A stretch of DNA of 63,807 nt, the filler included, from Calcarisporiella thermophila CBS 279.70 (taxonomy: Eukaryota > Fungi > Calcarisporiellomycota): NCBI RefSeq assembly GCF_041956535.1. It is 5 parts of 4 records of this genome, joined end to end, with 100 filler letters (N's around TTAATTAATTAA, not from the genome) between each part and the next. Parts side by side here need not be neighbours in the genome. Positions count along the whole stretch, not along the records: positions 1 to 28,580 come from NW_027192200.1; 4 more parts are not named here. One strand, 5' to 3'. Position numbers and translations under genes: made by a program. This document shows, piece after piece, positions 11,543 through 24,278 of the stretch; position 1 is the first letter of the stretch, and each line of letters begins with the position of its first letter. The notes under the pieces are model-generated. The model was not told the origin of the DNA and made no database searches. It saw only the letters and a program-made list of their open reading frames with translations.

Positions 11543-12232
11543 CCCCACAAAAAACTCTCCTGGTGAAAACTACTAGAAAACGTATAGGAGCATGTAGAAA
11601 AAGGTGGANNNNNNNNNNNNNNNNNNNNNNNNNNNNNNNNNNNNNNNNNNNNNNNNNNNNNNNNNNNNNNNNNNNNNNNNNNNNNNNNNNNNNNNNNNNN
11701 NNNNNNNNNNNNNNNNNNNNNNNNNNNNNNNNNNNNNNNNNNNNNNNNNNNNNNNNNNNNNNNNNNNNNNNNNNNNNNNNNNNNNNNNNNNNNNNNNNNN
11801 NNNNNNNNNNNNNNNNNNNNNNNNNNNNNNNNNNNNNNNNNNNNNNNNNNNNNNNNNNNNNNNNNNNNNNNNNNNNNNNNNNNNNNNNNNNNNNNNNNNN
11901 NNNNNNNNNNNNNNNNNNNNNNNNNNNNNNNNNNNNNNNNNNNNNNNNNNNNNNNNNNNNNNNNNNNNNNNNNNNNNNNNNNNNNNNNNNNNNNNNNNNN
12001 NNNNNNNNNNNNNNNNNNNNNNNNNNNNNNNNNNNNNNNNNNNNNNNNNNNNNNNTCCCTAAATTTTTACAAACTTTTCACCTATTTTTCAAGATATTAA
12101 TAATGGGAGAAGAGTCTACAAATTATAGTGAAATTGTTGAAAAATTATAGGGAATCGCGAACCTCCTCCACCTTTTCTACATGCTCCTATTCGTTTTCTA
12201 GCAGTTTTCACCAGACGGGTTTTTTGTAGGGG
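11543..12232. mobile_element. MITE / non-autonomous TA-targeting DNA transposon spanning an N-gap
   Basis: Imperfect terminal inverted repeats of about 65 bp (CCCCACAAAAAAC..GGTGAAAAC..TAGGAGCATGTAGAAAA / reverse complement at 12167-12232), flanked by TA on both sides. Confidence 0.8.
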
Positions 12233-13084
12233 TATGTAATGGGTTTACTACATCTCTGATGATAAAATTTAAATTTGACGACATGGGTGTCCTGGAGGTA
12301 GGTGAGAATCTGGCCATTTAACTGGAGGGTTAACCTGGAGCAATACTCGGTATATATTATTGTATTTCTCATAGAAGGATATTGCTGAGCTGGAGGGATT
12401 TATAATTTAATGTTTTCGAGTCATTACCATGACAAAGCAACAGACTGAGATTGAGTCTTGCCAAGCCCAGTGGACAAGCATGTACAAAAGTGTTGATCCC
12501 CTTCTGTATAAATACAGTGGAAAATACTGAGCAAGAGGATTAATAGCCCTAAAATCGACCTACAGTAATTTAAAATAAGCCTAATCTCTACTCTATTATA
12601 AGAAAAATTAGAAGAACGAGAAAATTTTGGAGCACCTGCATTTATTATTTTTATTGAGAAATCTTTGATTGAACATACTGTAAAATATAAAATAAAATTA
12701 CTATATAGGGAAGCAAAACATTAGACTAAATTTCATATACACTGATCTGAAGGACGATACTGATTTAACTTAGTTAAAATTAACCTGATCAATCCTTGTT
12801 ATAAACTGTTGTATTTGGAAATCTATGCCCACCTACAATATATTTTTCCCCATGAATCTTTTTCAGCCAATTTTGATGTGGCTTCCTAGGATACCAATTG
12901 ATTTTAAAGACCCTCCTTATCACTTCACTACTCTATATTTATACCGATTTTATCTTCTTTTTTCTACAACTTTTATTTATCTTGCTAAGTGAACATTGGC
13001 TCGTGTATACTTGACTGAATGAGAATGCTCAGCCAAACTAGCATGGACTGTTCCTCTTTTCTCATTGCACTAACATTAATTTGC

Positions 13085-13384
13085 TTAATCATCGCAGTAC
13101 CACTCGTGGTCTTGACAACGCCCGAAGCCAGAATTTTTGCCTCCATAACAAGACACTTCGGTGCGACCCTCGGCACGACACGAGTATCCGTGAGCATTGA
13201 GTGCGCCTAAGAAGTCATTCCGCTGCTTGTGTGCACTGAGGCCACAGACTCCTCGGCAAGTATAAAAACACTCGCTTTCTTTGCCGTCCCATTCCTTGAA
13301 ACGACAGGCCCATTTCTTCGCATCTACTGCAGTGTTTACGCAGCACATCAACAAGGAAGCCAGGATGATGGTGGTGATTCTCAT
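13085..13384 (-). CDS. Small secreted cysteine-rich protein (8 Cys in mature part)
   Basis: Signal peptide MRITTIILASLLMCCVNTAVDA, TATAAA about 120 bp upstream, even Cys count. Confidence 0.8.
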   Translation of the reverse strand: MRITTIILASLLMCCVNTAVDAKKWACRFKEWDGKESECFYTCRGVCGLSAHKQRNDFLGALNAHGYSCRAEGRTEVSCYGGKNSGFGRCQDHEWYCDD

Positions 13385-16300
13385 GTTATACACTTAAGGA
13401 TTCTTCCGCTTTAAAGACAAGTTGAAAAAATAGAGTGACAACAAGTAATTAAAAGTTGGGAGGAGATTTTTAGGGACAACTCTCCAAACAACTAGGATAT
13501 TTATATTAAAAAGTGTGAGAGTTTTCTTTTTGTCAATTACATAATTTAATCAAATAGTGGCGCTTCATGTATGCATCGTGGCCTTGTGAAGAGCTACTGT
13601 AACATCAGCAAAGATTTGTGCACACCAATAAGCCTCTTAGACCGTTTCTGTCACAGTTACCAAGTCTTCTTCGTACCGCTTTCTTTTTTGAAAGAAAACG
13701 TTAACACCTTTTGTTAAATTTGTGTTACACTAGAAATTTTGCTATCGAAAGTGTAGAGGATCAGCGATATATTTGAAAAATTATGAGAGTTAAGTGGTGT
13801 TTAATTAGCAATTTATAACTAACTAACAATTGAGAATCTTAAACTAAAGCTCTCCCTTCTCCTAGTTCTTTGTTCTTTTCAAAGAGTTACTCGTAATAAG
13901 TTAAGAATAAGAGTTACACTAATAATCTTGGCATGTAAAATGGGTTCATGAAATTCTTATGTAACTGGGGTATTTCCCCTTTTGTCTTTTTTATTGACCA
14001 CGTTCCTTCGCTTCTTTTGTATTGTTTCTCTACCTTAATTCAGTATTGGTAGGACCTGTAACACACAGGGGACATGTGGGCCTCAGCCGTGACTGTCATT
14101 TGTACATTTTCTAATGCAATGCCATTATTTTTGTAACACTAGGCTGGCCACCCATTTCACTTAGGTAGCACAGATATTTATACTCATCCTTATAAACTTG
14201 GCATATCATTAGTGTCAGAGAAGACATACAAACTTTAATTAACAATCTTGCAAATCATTATGATAAACCCCCATAAGATGCTCAATTTTATAGCAATTTG
14301 AACCCAGCTTCAAAAATTATTGACTGATATTTTTATGCGATAGGTTTGCTCGAACAAATTTTCACGAATAAAAAATGAATATATTTTTGATGCCTGTTAT
14401 GACAAGCTTACTTTAGTAACTAGTGACACCTGGTTAGCACGTTTGGCCACTGAGATATTTATGCCAAGGCTAAAATAAAAGGCCTCATGGTTGATAAACT
14501 GAAAAAAATATAGCGAACGGGAATATAATTCTTTTGCAGAGAGAGATTTCGAACAGGTAATTGGAGGTGAAGCTATTCGAATATATTTTGGATATTTCAT
14601 AAATATTCCTGGAATAAACTCTAAGGTTAGATTAGCCTAACCTAAACAAAGCTTGCAGCAAACTCTCACAAGCAGCAGCACCAGAATATTGCTGGGTTCA
14701 ATATCAGTAGCAGGATTAAGTGGGAATGCGCGCTTATCTACCACGACTGGATATTTCATTACTTCAGACAAGTGAAACGACGCTAGCTGACATTGCGATG
14801 CTTAACTGCACCAATAAACACAAGGTTGGCGATTATTTTGATAAACTTAATTTTATTTGCCTTCAATTCTCGCATGTCAATACAATCATCACTACGATTA
14901 TTTTTCAAATCATTGTTAGTGACTCCATGCAGTTCAGAATAACTCAGCATTCATAATCTGATAGTGATGATCTTCAACTCAATAAAAAGCTTTTTGATTT
15001 ATCGTTTGATGTGGATAAAGCAGTAGATAATATCAGCGTATGCGTCAAGTAAGTCAATGACAATTTCTTCTTTGAAATCATTCAAGACCCAAATATCAAA
15101 GAATTAGAATGGGAATATGTAAGTTTGTGCGAATCGAGAGAAGATTACGAAAGAATCACTACTATGCTTACCGGTCTAGACAAAGTCGTACCAAGAAACG
15201 ATTTCTGGACACAGTATTATCTTGAAAACTGTAATTCGTTCAAAACCTAGTTTGGATTGCATTTTGTAATGTACAACGGCTTCTTCAGTAACCATGTGCT
15301 AACAATAAACCGATGAAATACAGTGATAACGCTTAACAGTCGAATATGCTTATTTTTGATTTTTTACATTTTCTACGATTTTGTGGGACTAATCATGTAA
15401 TGGTACTCTTTGTTAAACGAGATTATTCAAATAAGAACAAGAGATACTGTTTGTACAAAACTGTTGAGATAAATGGGCGTATTTGCATCGTGAATGAATA
15501 AATTATTAGCTGCTCTACATGAATGTGTGGGAATATCATTTTAGAAATACATGGTATCAACGGTATTTTTAGAATTACCCAATCGTAAGTTTATACACCG
15601 AGCGTATGAAGTTAGTAAAAACGAAGACACATTAACATTACAAAACTCCGATATTCATTATCTAATCTGCATCTGCCTTACGATCAAGATAGTAGTAAAT
15701 TGATTCAAGGTACAGATTTCGAGATCAAGTTTCAATGAGGTTAAGTAAACTTCATGAAGTATTCCAAGATAAAAGAAAAAAGGAAAAAGGAAAAAAGATA
15801 TCCAACTAAGAGAGATAAGTTAATGTGGCGGTTACAATGATTGATTTCGAAATCAAACACAAAATGCATTAAACATCAGCAAAGAAACTATAAAAAAAAT
15901 CACTAAGAAATTTTCCCAATACATATTCACTTTTTTACAGATAAAATATAACAAAAGGCCAAAATTTATAATAAAATAGGCACACATCAATTGCCATCTA
16001 TAGGTTCAAGTTCTGTGGATTGTAGATGTAACAAGTACAATAACTAATATATGTTTAATTTATCGACAATCGATCTCGGATATTTTAACTTTACGTATAA
16101 AACCACTTGTAGAACTTAATTACGTCTTCACCGAATCTTTAACCGAATTTTTTACGAATTGACTTTACGTCTTTTTACGAACTTATTTAAGTGTAATAAA
16201 CATTAGTATATGTCGAACCCTACTTGTGCTTATTACAGTAGAGGCGAGTCTAAAACTTCAATCTGGTTACTTTGGTACTACCGTTCAATGAGTTTTTCTT

Positions 16301-18278
16301 CATGCTTGAGTCGTTATCATGTTGAAATGCTATCCCTTGCTTGCTAAGATTATAGTACTGGAGCGTTGCCATCAATTCATCGTCGAGAATTCGTGAATAA
16401 AGTTCATTGCTGCGACCTTCTAAGATTCGGCATAAGAATCCTATGCCACGAGGAGTTTACTCCTTCATATCATAATAACACTACTTTCCGTGTTTTGCCG
16501 GCGGCCATATCTGGCACGCTTGTAATGAATCGTTACGCCTCTTTCAGCAACACCCTCGCCTAATATTACTAAAGATACGGATATGGCGCTTATCTGAAAA
16601 GCCAAAACGACTTCAATCTTTGATAGTGAAATAAACGCGAGTATTGGCTCGTAAGGTAATAATTATTAATTACAAGATCAAAGCTTGCGATAATTTGTAA
16701 GTAAAATTATAATGTTTTACAACCAGTTTTTATACATAAAATTATTAATTAAAAAAACCCCGAGTGATAACTAGGGCTATCGTGAGCACATCGGAAGTTT
16801 TATGGTTCAGTTACAGTTCTATTACACCTGGTCTAATTTCTATAATATTTGAACTTTAATATTCTAGCAATTGTGATAAAGTATCTGGCGAATGATATTC
16901 ACATATATATCTTTCTCAGTTAACTCTTTCCAAAGCTCTTGCGATTCGTCGGCGTAAACACCTTTGCAATATACAATTATTATTGTATGGTAACTTGTAA
17001 GGGTGACCTAATTTTCATTGATGCTTTTAGATTATACAAGAGTATGAAGACACCGCTATTTAATAGAACAAAAATGACCTACCAAATTTTCGCGCTCTAC
17101 CCTTGGAACACTACAACTACAAGGCTCCCAAACGAATATGGTATGAAGACCGGTATTGTTCGTTTGTACAAAATATACAATATTAAATGGTAATGTTAGC
17201 CTATTAGGAAGCATGATTTATATTTTATTAATTGAAGGCATCATGAGACTATTGGGAGGTATTTTAACCGATTCTCGGTTACTTAATGTAATAGGGATAA
17301 TAAAGCAAATTATCAATTCATAAGCAAAATCCTACTAGAAAAGAATGATACCATTAGGAATACAAGACGATCGTTATAAGAGAAATAAGTATTTAACTCA
17401 TCCTTTAACAAGCGGTTCTTCTTTTTGACAATTTTAGCTCTACCTTCATTTCCCAAGACGGTAATGAATTCCTTCTTCCAGTTGCATACAGAACACATTG
17501 ATTTCGAAAATGAATAATAATAACATATTTTAAATTTAGAAGAAAAGAAATTCTGTCATCAACTATTCTATTGAAATGTTCATATTTGTCATTATTATAG
17601 CAGTACCCTTGAAGTATAAATTTCCGAAACCTTTTCCCATATCATTCGAGTGGTGGTTTATACTAGGCTTAGCAACATATTACTTGTAAAAGGCAACTTC
17701 ATCAAGATTGAAAAGCGGCTAAGCTTTAGAGCAGCTGATTTTCTGGCCAATTTTAGCTCATAAGCTTTCTAACCAGAATTATATATGGACCCCATGTAAA
17801 TTCGATGAAGATATTCTTATAAATCCGCTTGGCTCTCAATATGTTCAAAGCATTAGTATAGTGAGAAAAATGCTAGATTATGTATCACAATGATCAAAAA
17901 TTGTTGAGCGAAACATCGCTCAACAATTAATTCGAACTTGGATTTTCACAAAAATATTCAAATAGTTGAATATTACCATTTTATTTACTATAATGGAAAA
18001 TGACGCTTTCTATTGTGGAAGTTCTGTAGTGTGCTTTGTAAGGTTCACTTTCAAGCCAAAATTAGAACTAAAATTTTTGGATGGTTATAAAAATATACAT
18101 AGATTAAAACTCCAATATAATAAAAATTCAGATTCCAGAATAAATCCTACCCCACTAAACTTTTCCGTGTATCCGTTCATGCTATAAAATCCCCTTGCTT
18201 ACAAAAATTTTTACCTCCCCCGCCATTCCATTTTACACAGTAAACATTTTCAGTCGATTAGGTCAACGACAAGGTGCA

Positions 18279-18650
18279 ATGAAATATTTGGTGCTTGCAT
18301 TTTTGACGATATTATGCCTGATTAGTTGCACGATTGCTCAGTCCCCGTGCGCTGGTTGCAATTCTCAATGCCAAAGCTACAGCCCAACTTGCGCCGTTTG
18401 CATAGTCATCAAATGCGGGTTAGGTGTTGATGAGTGTGCGACGCATCAGTGCGCCGCAGGAACGGTTACGTGCGCGGTTAACTGTAGCAAATTCAGAAAC
18501 CAATGCTGCAAGGGTGCCACGGGAGCGATGAAGTGCACTTGTGAAAGATCCGTATCTAAAATTGCTGGATGGGACTGCTTTAGATCACTCTCTGGATACA
18601 TAAAAAATAACCCAAAATGCATTGAAGGAAGCTACAATGGACCTTATTAA
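18279..18650 (+). CDS. Small secreted cysteine-rich protein (16 Cys in mature part)
   Basis: Signal peptide MKYLVLAFLTILCLISCTIA; TATAAA at about 18183; many CxxC/CxxxC motifs. Confidence 0.82.
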   Translation: MKYLVLAFLTILCLISCTIAQSPCAGCNSQCQSYSPTCAVCIVIKCGLGVDECATHQCAAGTVTCAVNCSKFRNQCCKGATGAMKCTCERSVSKIAGWDCFRSLSGYIKNNPKCIEGSYNGPY

Positions 18651-20662
18651 TAGAGGGAGGCTTAGTTCAAGCACTACTTCAAATTTCTTTCTCGAGTGAA
18701 CAAGCTGATGGGTGATGGTTTAGCCACCATTAGCTGTAATTTAGTAATATCTTTATTTTATAAATAAATATCAGAGCTGTAGATATAAACGTCAATTATA
18801 TACATTGAATTAGCTAACCACTTATACTCTTCTCTTTTGCTCTATTATAATTTACTCCTTTTATGAAAGAATATAAAGTAGCACGATACACAACCACAAA
18901 ATTGTCTAGAATTCTGTTAAATTAATTCCTATTTTACCTGGCTAAGCCTATTCTCTTTGTCCATTCTAAGCTAAATTTATATGGGAATGCATGGCTCACG
19001 TTTTTACACTAATTAAGCCATTAGATGTAAACAATAATTTTGTGGTAGCTGGAAACTCAAAAAAAGTAAAAGGCAGGTCTTTTCATATAACTATTAGTAT
19101 AAGTTATTTTTCTCTGCAATTCCTTTAGTCTCTTCAGAGAAACAGTGGGTAAAACTTAGGTTGAAAAGAGGGGGATAAATATAATGAAAATTAGACAAAA
19201 AATAATGCGCTCAATGGATTGACAATAAATGCATTTTGCTTAGGCCATTGTGATCCCGATGTAAAATTTTGAAGGAAACACGATTGCGCTTATTTTGAAT
19301 GACTAGAGGAATTCGTGAGAACGTCCGTATTTATTTCGGGATTGCAGTAATCTTGAAGTTCTATGGCAGATAGACATTTTTTTTAGATAATACTAGCCAA
19401 TATATATCTATCGAAGAATTTAGGAAGAAATGAAAATCTCGGTTTTTTTTATGAAAAGCCTATTATATTGGATCTATATTAAGTTATCACATATAATTTT
19501 AAAGTGTGGCATAGGTAAATCGCAAAGAGCGAGATAAGCATGAGCCATTAAAATAAGCTGGGGATGAATTACTATAGTTGGTGATTATCATAATAATAAC
19601 TACCGAATATGATAAGTTGAATACCCACGACCAAGAAAGCTTCTTCTTTAAGTGATTGTGAAAAAGGGGAACTCCTACAACTGATTCAAAGTTAAGTTTC
19701 CGTCTAACCATTTGGGCCACACAATGGTTTTATTTGGCCGGCAAAACATTAATGCTAAAACTATCGGTCCTCAATTTTATCTCCTTTACTACTTCAAAGT
19801 CACGCGTAGTTACACCGATTCCTTGGCAAATTCAATACATGAAACATTCGCCAAGATGTAGAGGCATTAATCAATATTACTGCATGCACTATACTGCCAA
19901 CCCACCGAAGTCCATTACTTCACGATAGTCTAGCTCTAGTGCGGAGCGAATATACTATGCTCGCCTTTTAGAGCAACTTCTTGAAATGGGGCTGTAAGGT
20001 ACAGATGAAGGGCCAGAAGTCGAAGAAGGAGGATTGGGCTCACATGATGCTTTTTTACCCCATGCTAATTGAAGGCTTTAGATCAACACTTCATTAGGCG
20101 GAGTCTTTCTGTAGGTCGCTTACTATCGCGCTAAAATTGGGATGACGGGCGTATGCGAGACACGATGAATTGTCATTTGTTCATTAAGCTTCATGTTGAT
20201 TTAGGAGAAATCGCAACTCCCTTCTTACTAGATTTAATATAACAATGCCTTGATACAAGCACTCAAGCCTGAGGATACTTCGACTAAATAACCCCCCCCC
20301 GGTCTCTACATGAAATATACTAAGGGGTTGTACAGTGCAGCCAAGATACTTATACCCTTTGTATTGTGAAACTTTGAACCTATGGGAAGTACAGAATCTA
20401 AGCAGAGTTTTACCCTGGTATTTCCTTGAAACTAAAGACAAAAAAAGGCTAAGAACTAGGTTCCAACCTGGAGGAAGGCTATTTTTACGTTGGAATCTTA
20501 TCTCCGTTTCTGTCGCGCACAAAACTTATTTTCATTTAAATACTAGTGAGATGCACCCAACTCTCCCTTGACTCATCTGTCATTTTGTCCCCGTTTCCTA
20601 TTTATCCGCCTCCTGTCCCAAGTCTCCCGCCAGATCGTTGCCTCGATTCTAAATTCCCACAG

Positions 20663-22325
20663 ATGACCACAATACATAAAAGTGAGGAGGCAGAAAAAGA
20701 CGTCGAAAAAGTAGCAGAGTCGTCTTTGTCATCTGATACTCAAGATTCAGTCGTATGCACGCGACTTGTCAGGAAACTCGACCTACGGATATTTCCTTCG
20801 TTATGCTTTATGTATCTTCTGAGTTACCTAGATCGTGGCAACATTGGGAATGCTAAAATTGTAGGATTAGATGAGGACCTTGGAATGAGCTCAATTCAAT
20901 ACCAGACATGCTTGAGCATCTTCTACGTGGGCTATGTTCTAGGTTGGTGTGTTAACTGACTGACTTCAAACCAATATCTATATCCTATCTTCTTTAATTT
21001 GGTTGTTTGTTTTTTACTAATTTAACAACTCGCTTATACAGGAGAGATACCTAGCAATATTGTGATGAGACGATGGAAACCTAGCGTTTGGCTGGCTATT
21101 ATCATGATTGCGTGGGGTACTATTGGGGCTTGTATGGCCGCCGTCCAGAATTTCGCTGGCCTCGCCACGACAAGAATCTTGTTAGGATTTGCTGAGGCCG
21201 GATTCTTCCCCGGTGTTATCTACTACCTATCTCTTTTCTACCCTCGAAAGGAAATGGCACGACGAGTCGGCCTCTTCTGGTCGTTTGGCTCAATGGCAGG
21301 CGCATTTGGAGGTTTGCTGGCGGGTGCGATTACTCAAATACAACATACACTCCGCCCGTGGCAGTGGTTATTTGTATTAGAGGGCGTCCCTACAATTCTG
21401 GCGGCCTTTTGGTGTTTATTTTACCTGCCCGATTCGCCCGAGTCTGCTAAGTTCCTGAGTGTAGAGGAAAGAGAATATGCGGTGCGACGAATGCGCGAGG
21501 ATGCCGGTGTTGCTCATGATCATTCTTGGACTTGGGCGCATTTTTGGTCCGTATTTACGGACTGGAAGGTATACGCCTATATGGTAATTACAGTACCAAT
21601 GGTTTTTAAATAATCTTTAAAAAAAAACGCGCTCTGATGAGAATATCTATGCTTCAATGGCTGGCATTTGTTTCACCATATAGCTTATGTACATAACAGG
21701 CACATCGGCACTTCAGGGTGTCACTCTCTTTCTGCCATCCATCATCCGAGATCTAGGACAATTTACTAGCACGAAGGCGCAACTACTGACTGTGCCACCC
21801 TATATAGCCGGCTTTATTTTTACCCTTATAATTAGCTGGTCGTCAGACCGGCTGCTCGAACGAGGATATCATATGCTCCTTACCAATGCTTTTATACTTA
21901 CCGGATTCTTTATCTTGATGTTTTCTGATCATGGGCTGGTCGGGTTGCGTCTGTTTGGTGCCATCTTAGTCACTGCAGGGACCTATGCCAATGTTCCCCC
22001 GAAAGTGTCCTGGTTCAATAATAACTTTGCTGGATTGTCTCGTCGAGCCGTCGCGGCCGCTGCCATCGTGTCTGTGGGGACTATCGGAGGGGCCATTGGT
22101 GGTCAAATATACTATGACCCTCCAAATTACTTCAACGGCAACCTGATATCCGTAGTCCTTGTCAGCATACAGACCGTGGTTGTTATCTTGGTGAAGTTTG
22201 CTTTAGCCAGAGAAAATCGTCGTAAACGTTCCATGTCGGAGGAGGAGAAGCAGAAGGCTTTGGCACGGTTTGGCGACTCGGATTTGGCGGGGGATAGGCA
22301 CCCGGATTACATGTATACTCTATAG
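20663..22325 (+). CDS. MFS transporter, allantoate/nicotinate permease (anion:cation symporter) family; 3 exons
   Basis: RKLDLRI, LDRGNIGNA, GEIPSN, GFAEAGFFPG, WLFVLEG motifs; introns 20943-21041 and 21584-21683. Confidence 0.93.
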
Positions 22326-22730
22326 CATCCCTTCACTTGTTTTCATCCCATGACTATTCCTCCAGATCGAATTGTAAAGCTTTTGATCCATTATTATTGT
22401 ACCTCTAATGTAAGGAAATTCTATATAAAAGTATCTCAACTTAAAAAATGAGCCAGTAGTCTATTGGGAATGAGTTAAGGAGGACAGTTTGGCTTAATGA
22501 CAGATTCGACCATAAAAGGCTTTCCCCATTTCTGGCCAAGAAATTTAGTTTGAAATTGCTTTTTGCTTCTTCCAGGGTCCGATATCCAAGTGGCCAAGTT
22601 CCGTGGCCAAATGCCAAATTGAAATCGTTGCATACAATTATATGTCCAGTTTATTTGAGTGTTTCTTCTTAAAATATTGACAATGCTGACAAAATGAATC
22701 TGTGATTGCTATTAATTTTTAATCTCGGTG

Positions 22731-24278
22731 CTACGCATCCGATTTGCTATCGCGAAGGCGAACTTTCATCATAAGACCATTCCCAGGGCACAGAGTGAAG
22801 GCCGTCCGATACTCCATCGTAAAACCAGGCGCCAGTGAAAACTCGTATCGACGAAGTAATGTGGCTAATACAAACTTCATCTCAGCCATTGCAAGACCTT
22901 GTCCCATGCAATTGCGAGGGCCATAGCTAAAGGGAAAATAGGATCCTGGGACGATGGGCTTGTGGTTGCTGCTATCAAAACGTTCCGGATCAAATACATC
23001 AGGCTCGTCCCACAAACGCGGGTCACGATGCACAGGATAGTTCCAGAGGTAGAGTGAAGTATTTTTTGGAATAATAGTCCCCTTCACATTGGTATCCTGG
23101 GCGAGCTTGCGAATTGTACCGAATCCAGGGCCATGCATCCGAAGGGTTTCTTTGATGACCATTGTAAGATAGCTCAGCTTTCCTAAATCGTTCTCTGGCA
23201 TTAAGACAGATGGATTCGGAATCACCATATCAAGCTCCTGACGTATTTTCTCCAAGATGGGCCTATTTGTTGGTTGGCAAAGCTCGTTGAGACAGAACGA
23301 CATTGTATGTGCAGTAGGATCACCTCCTGCTACCAGGAACGTAACATAGTTGTCGACGAGTTCTCCATGGCTGAACATATAGGAGCCATCCTGCTTTTTC
23401 GCAGTCGCTAGGATCTCGAAAATATAGTTTCCGACTCGACCCCCCTTTTCCAAGCGTTCACGGGCATCTCGCACCGATCTCTCTCCTAAGGCTCTAAGCG
23501 TTGCAATATCCTGGTGCATTTTCCGCGTCACAGACAAAATTGGAATATGTCCTCGCAAGGGAAACATGGCACACTTGATCAATTCCGGAAGAATGGAGCG
23601 TAATAGTTGCATAATCTCACAGTCTTCGCTCTGTTTGAGAGCATCGAATCGACAGCCAAAGGCTAGCTCCCCCAGAATATCCACCGTCAGCAGGATCATC
23701 TCGACGCTCATATCCACCACGGAATCCTCTTCGGCAGCTCTGTCCAACTTTTCCAGGAGGATTTGAGCATAGTGCTGCATGGCTGGGTGTTGTTCGCGAA
23801 TCATCTTTGGTGCGAAGGCAGGAGAAAGGCTCTTTCTCTGTTGCTTCCATAAGAACTGATTCATTTGCGAAAATAGCCCATTGCCGGAGAGATGTTGGAA
23901 TCCCTTGTAGACAAGAGGATCTTTCGCATAGTTCTTATTAGCAATTTCGGCCACCACCTCCGGGTCCCCCACAAACACGATCCGTTGGAACCAAGACCAA
24001 ACCTGAAAGATCTGGCCGTATTTACGATTCCAGGCAACCCAGTGTTTATGGGCATCATCCGAGATAAGCTCCTCTAGGTTGCCCGACAGTAGTTTGCCCT
24101 TGGGACCGGGGAATTGTGCAGTGGCTCTCCAGAGTTGATATACCCACTTCACCGAAGGAACCCCTACGAAGACGGCCAATGCGACGGACACCATGGTTGT
24201 TTTCGTGTTGAACTTCAACTCGGGGAAATTACGCGGATCGATTCGCGTAATAGCGAGTAGTAGGTTGGAATTGGCCAT
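22731..24278 (-). CDS. Cytochrome P450, intronless, atypical I-helix (AGGDPT)
   Basis: N-terminal membrane anchor plus PGP hinge, WxxxR, ETLR, PERF, FSYGPRNCMG heme motif. Confidence 0.96.
   Translation of the reverse strand: MANSNLLLAITRIDPRNFPELKFNTKTTMVSVALAVFVGVPSVKWVYQLWRATAQFPGPKGKLLSGNLEELISDDAHKHWVAWNRKYGQIFQVWSWFQRIVFVGDPEVVAEIANKNYAKDPLVYKGFQHLSGNGLFSQMNQFLWKQQRKSLSPAFAPKMIREQHPAMQHYAQILLEKLDRAAEEDSVVDMSVEMILLTVDILGELAFGCRFDALKQSEDCEIMQLLRSILPELIKCAMFPLRGHIPILSVTRKMHQDIATLRALGERSVRDARERLEKGGRVGNYIFEILATAKKQDGSYMFSHGELVDNYVTFLVAGGDPTAHTMSFCLNELCQPTNRPILEKIRQELDMVIPNPSVLMPENDLGKLSYLTMVIKETLRMHGPGFGTIRKLAQDTNVKGTIIPKNTSLYLWNYPVHRDPRLWDEPDVFDPERFDSSNHKPIVPGSYFPFSYGPRNCMGQGLAMAEMKFVLATLLRRYEFSLAPGFTMEYRTAFTLCPGNGLMMKVRLRDSKSDA

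Noticed and set aside
11563-12150. Long ORFs across the N gap
   Set aside because: These are translations of Ns inside a MITE.
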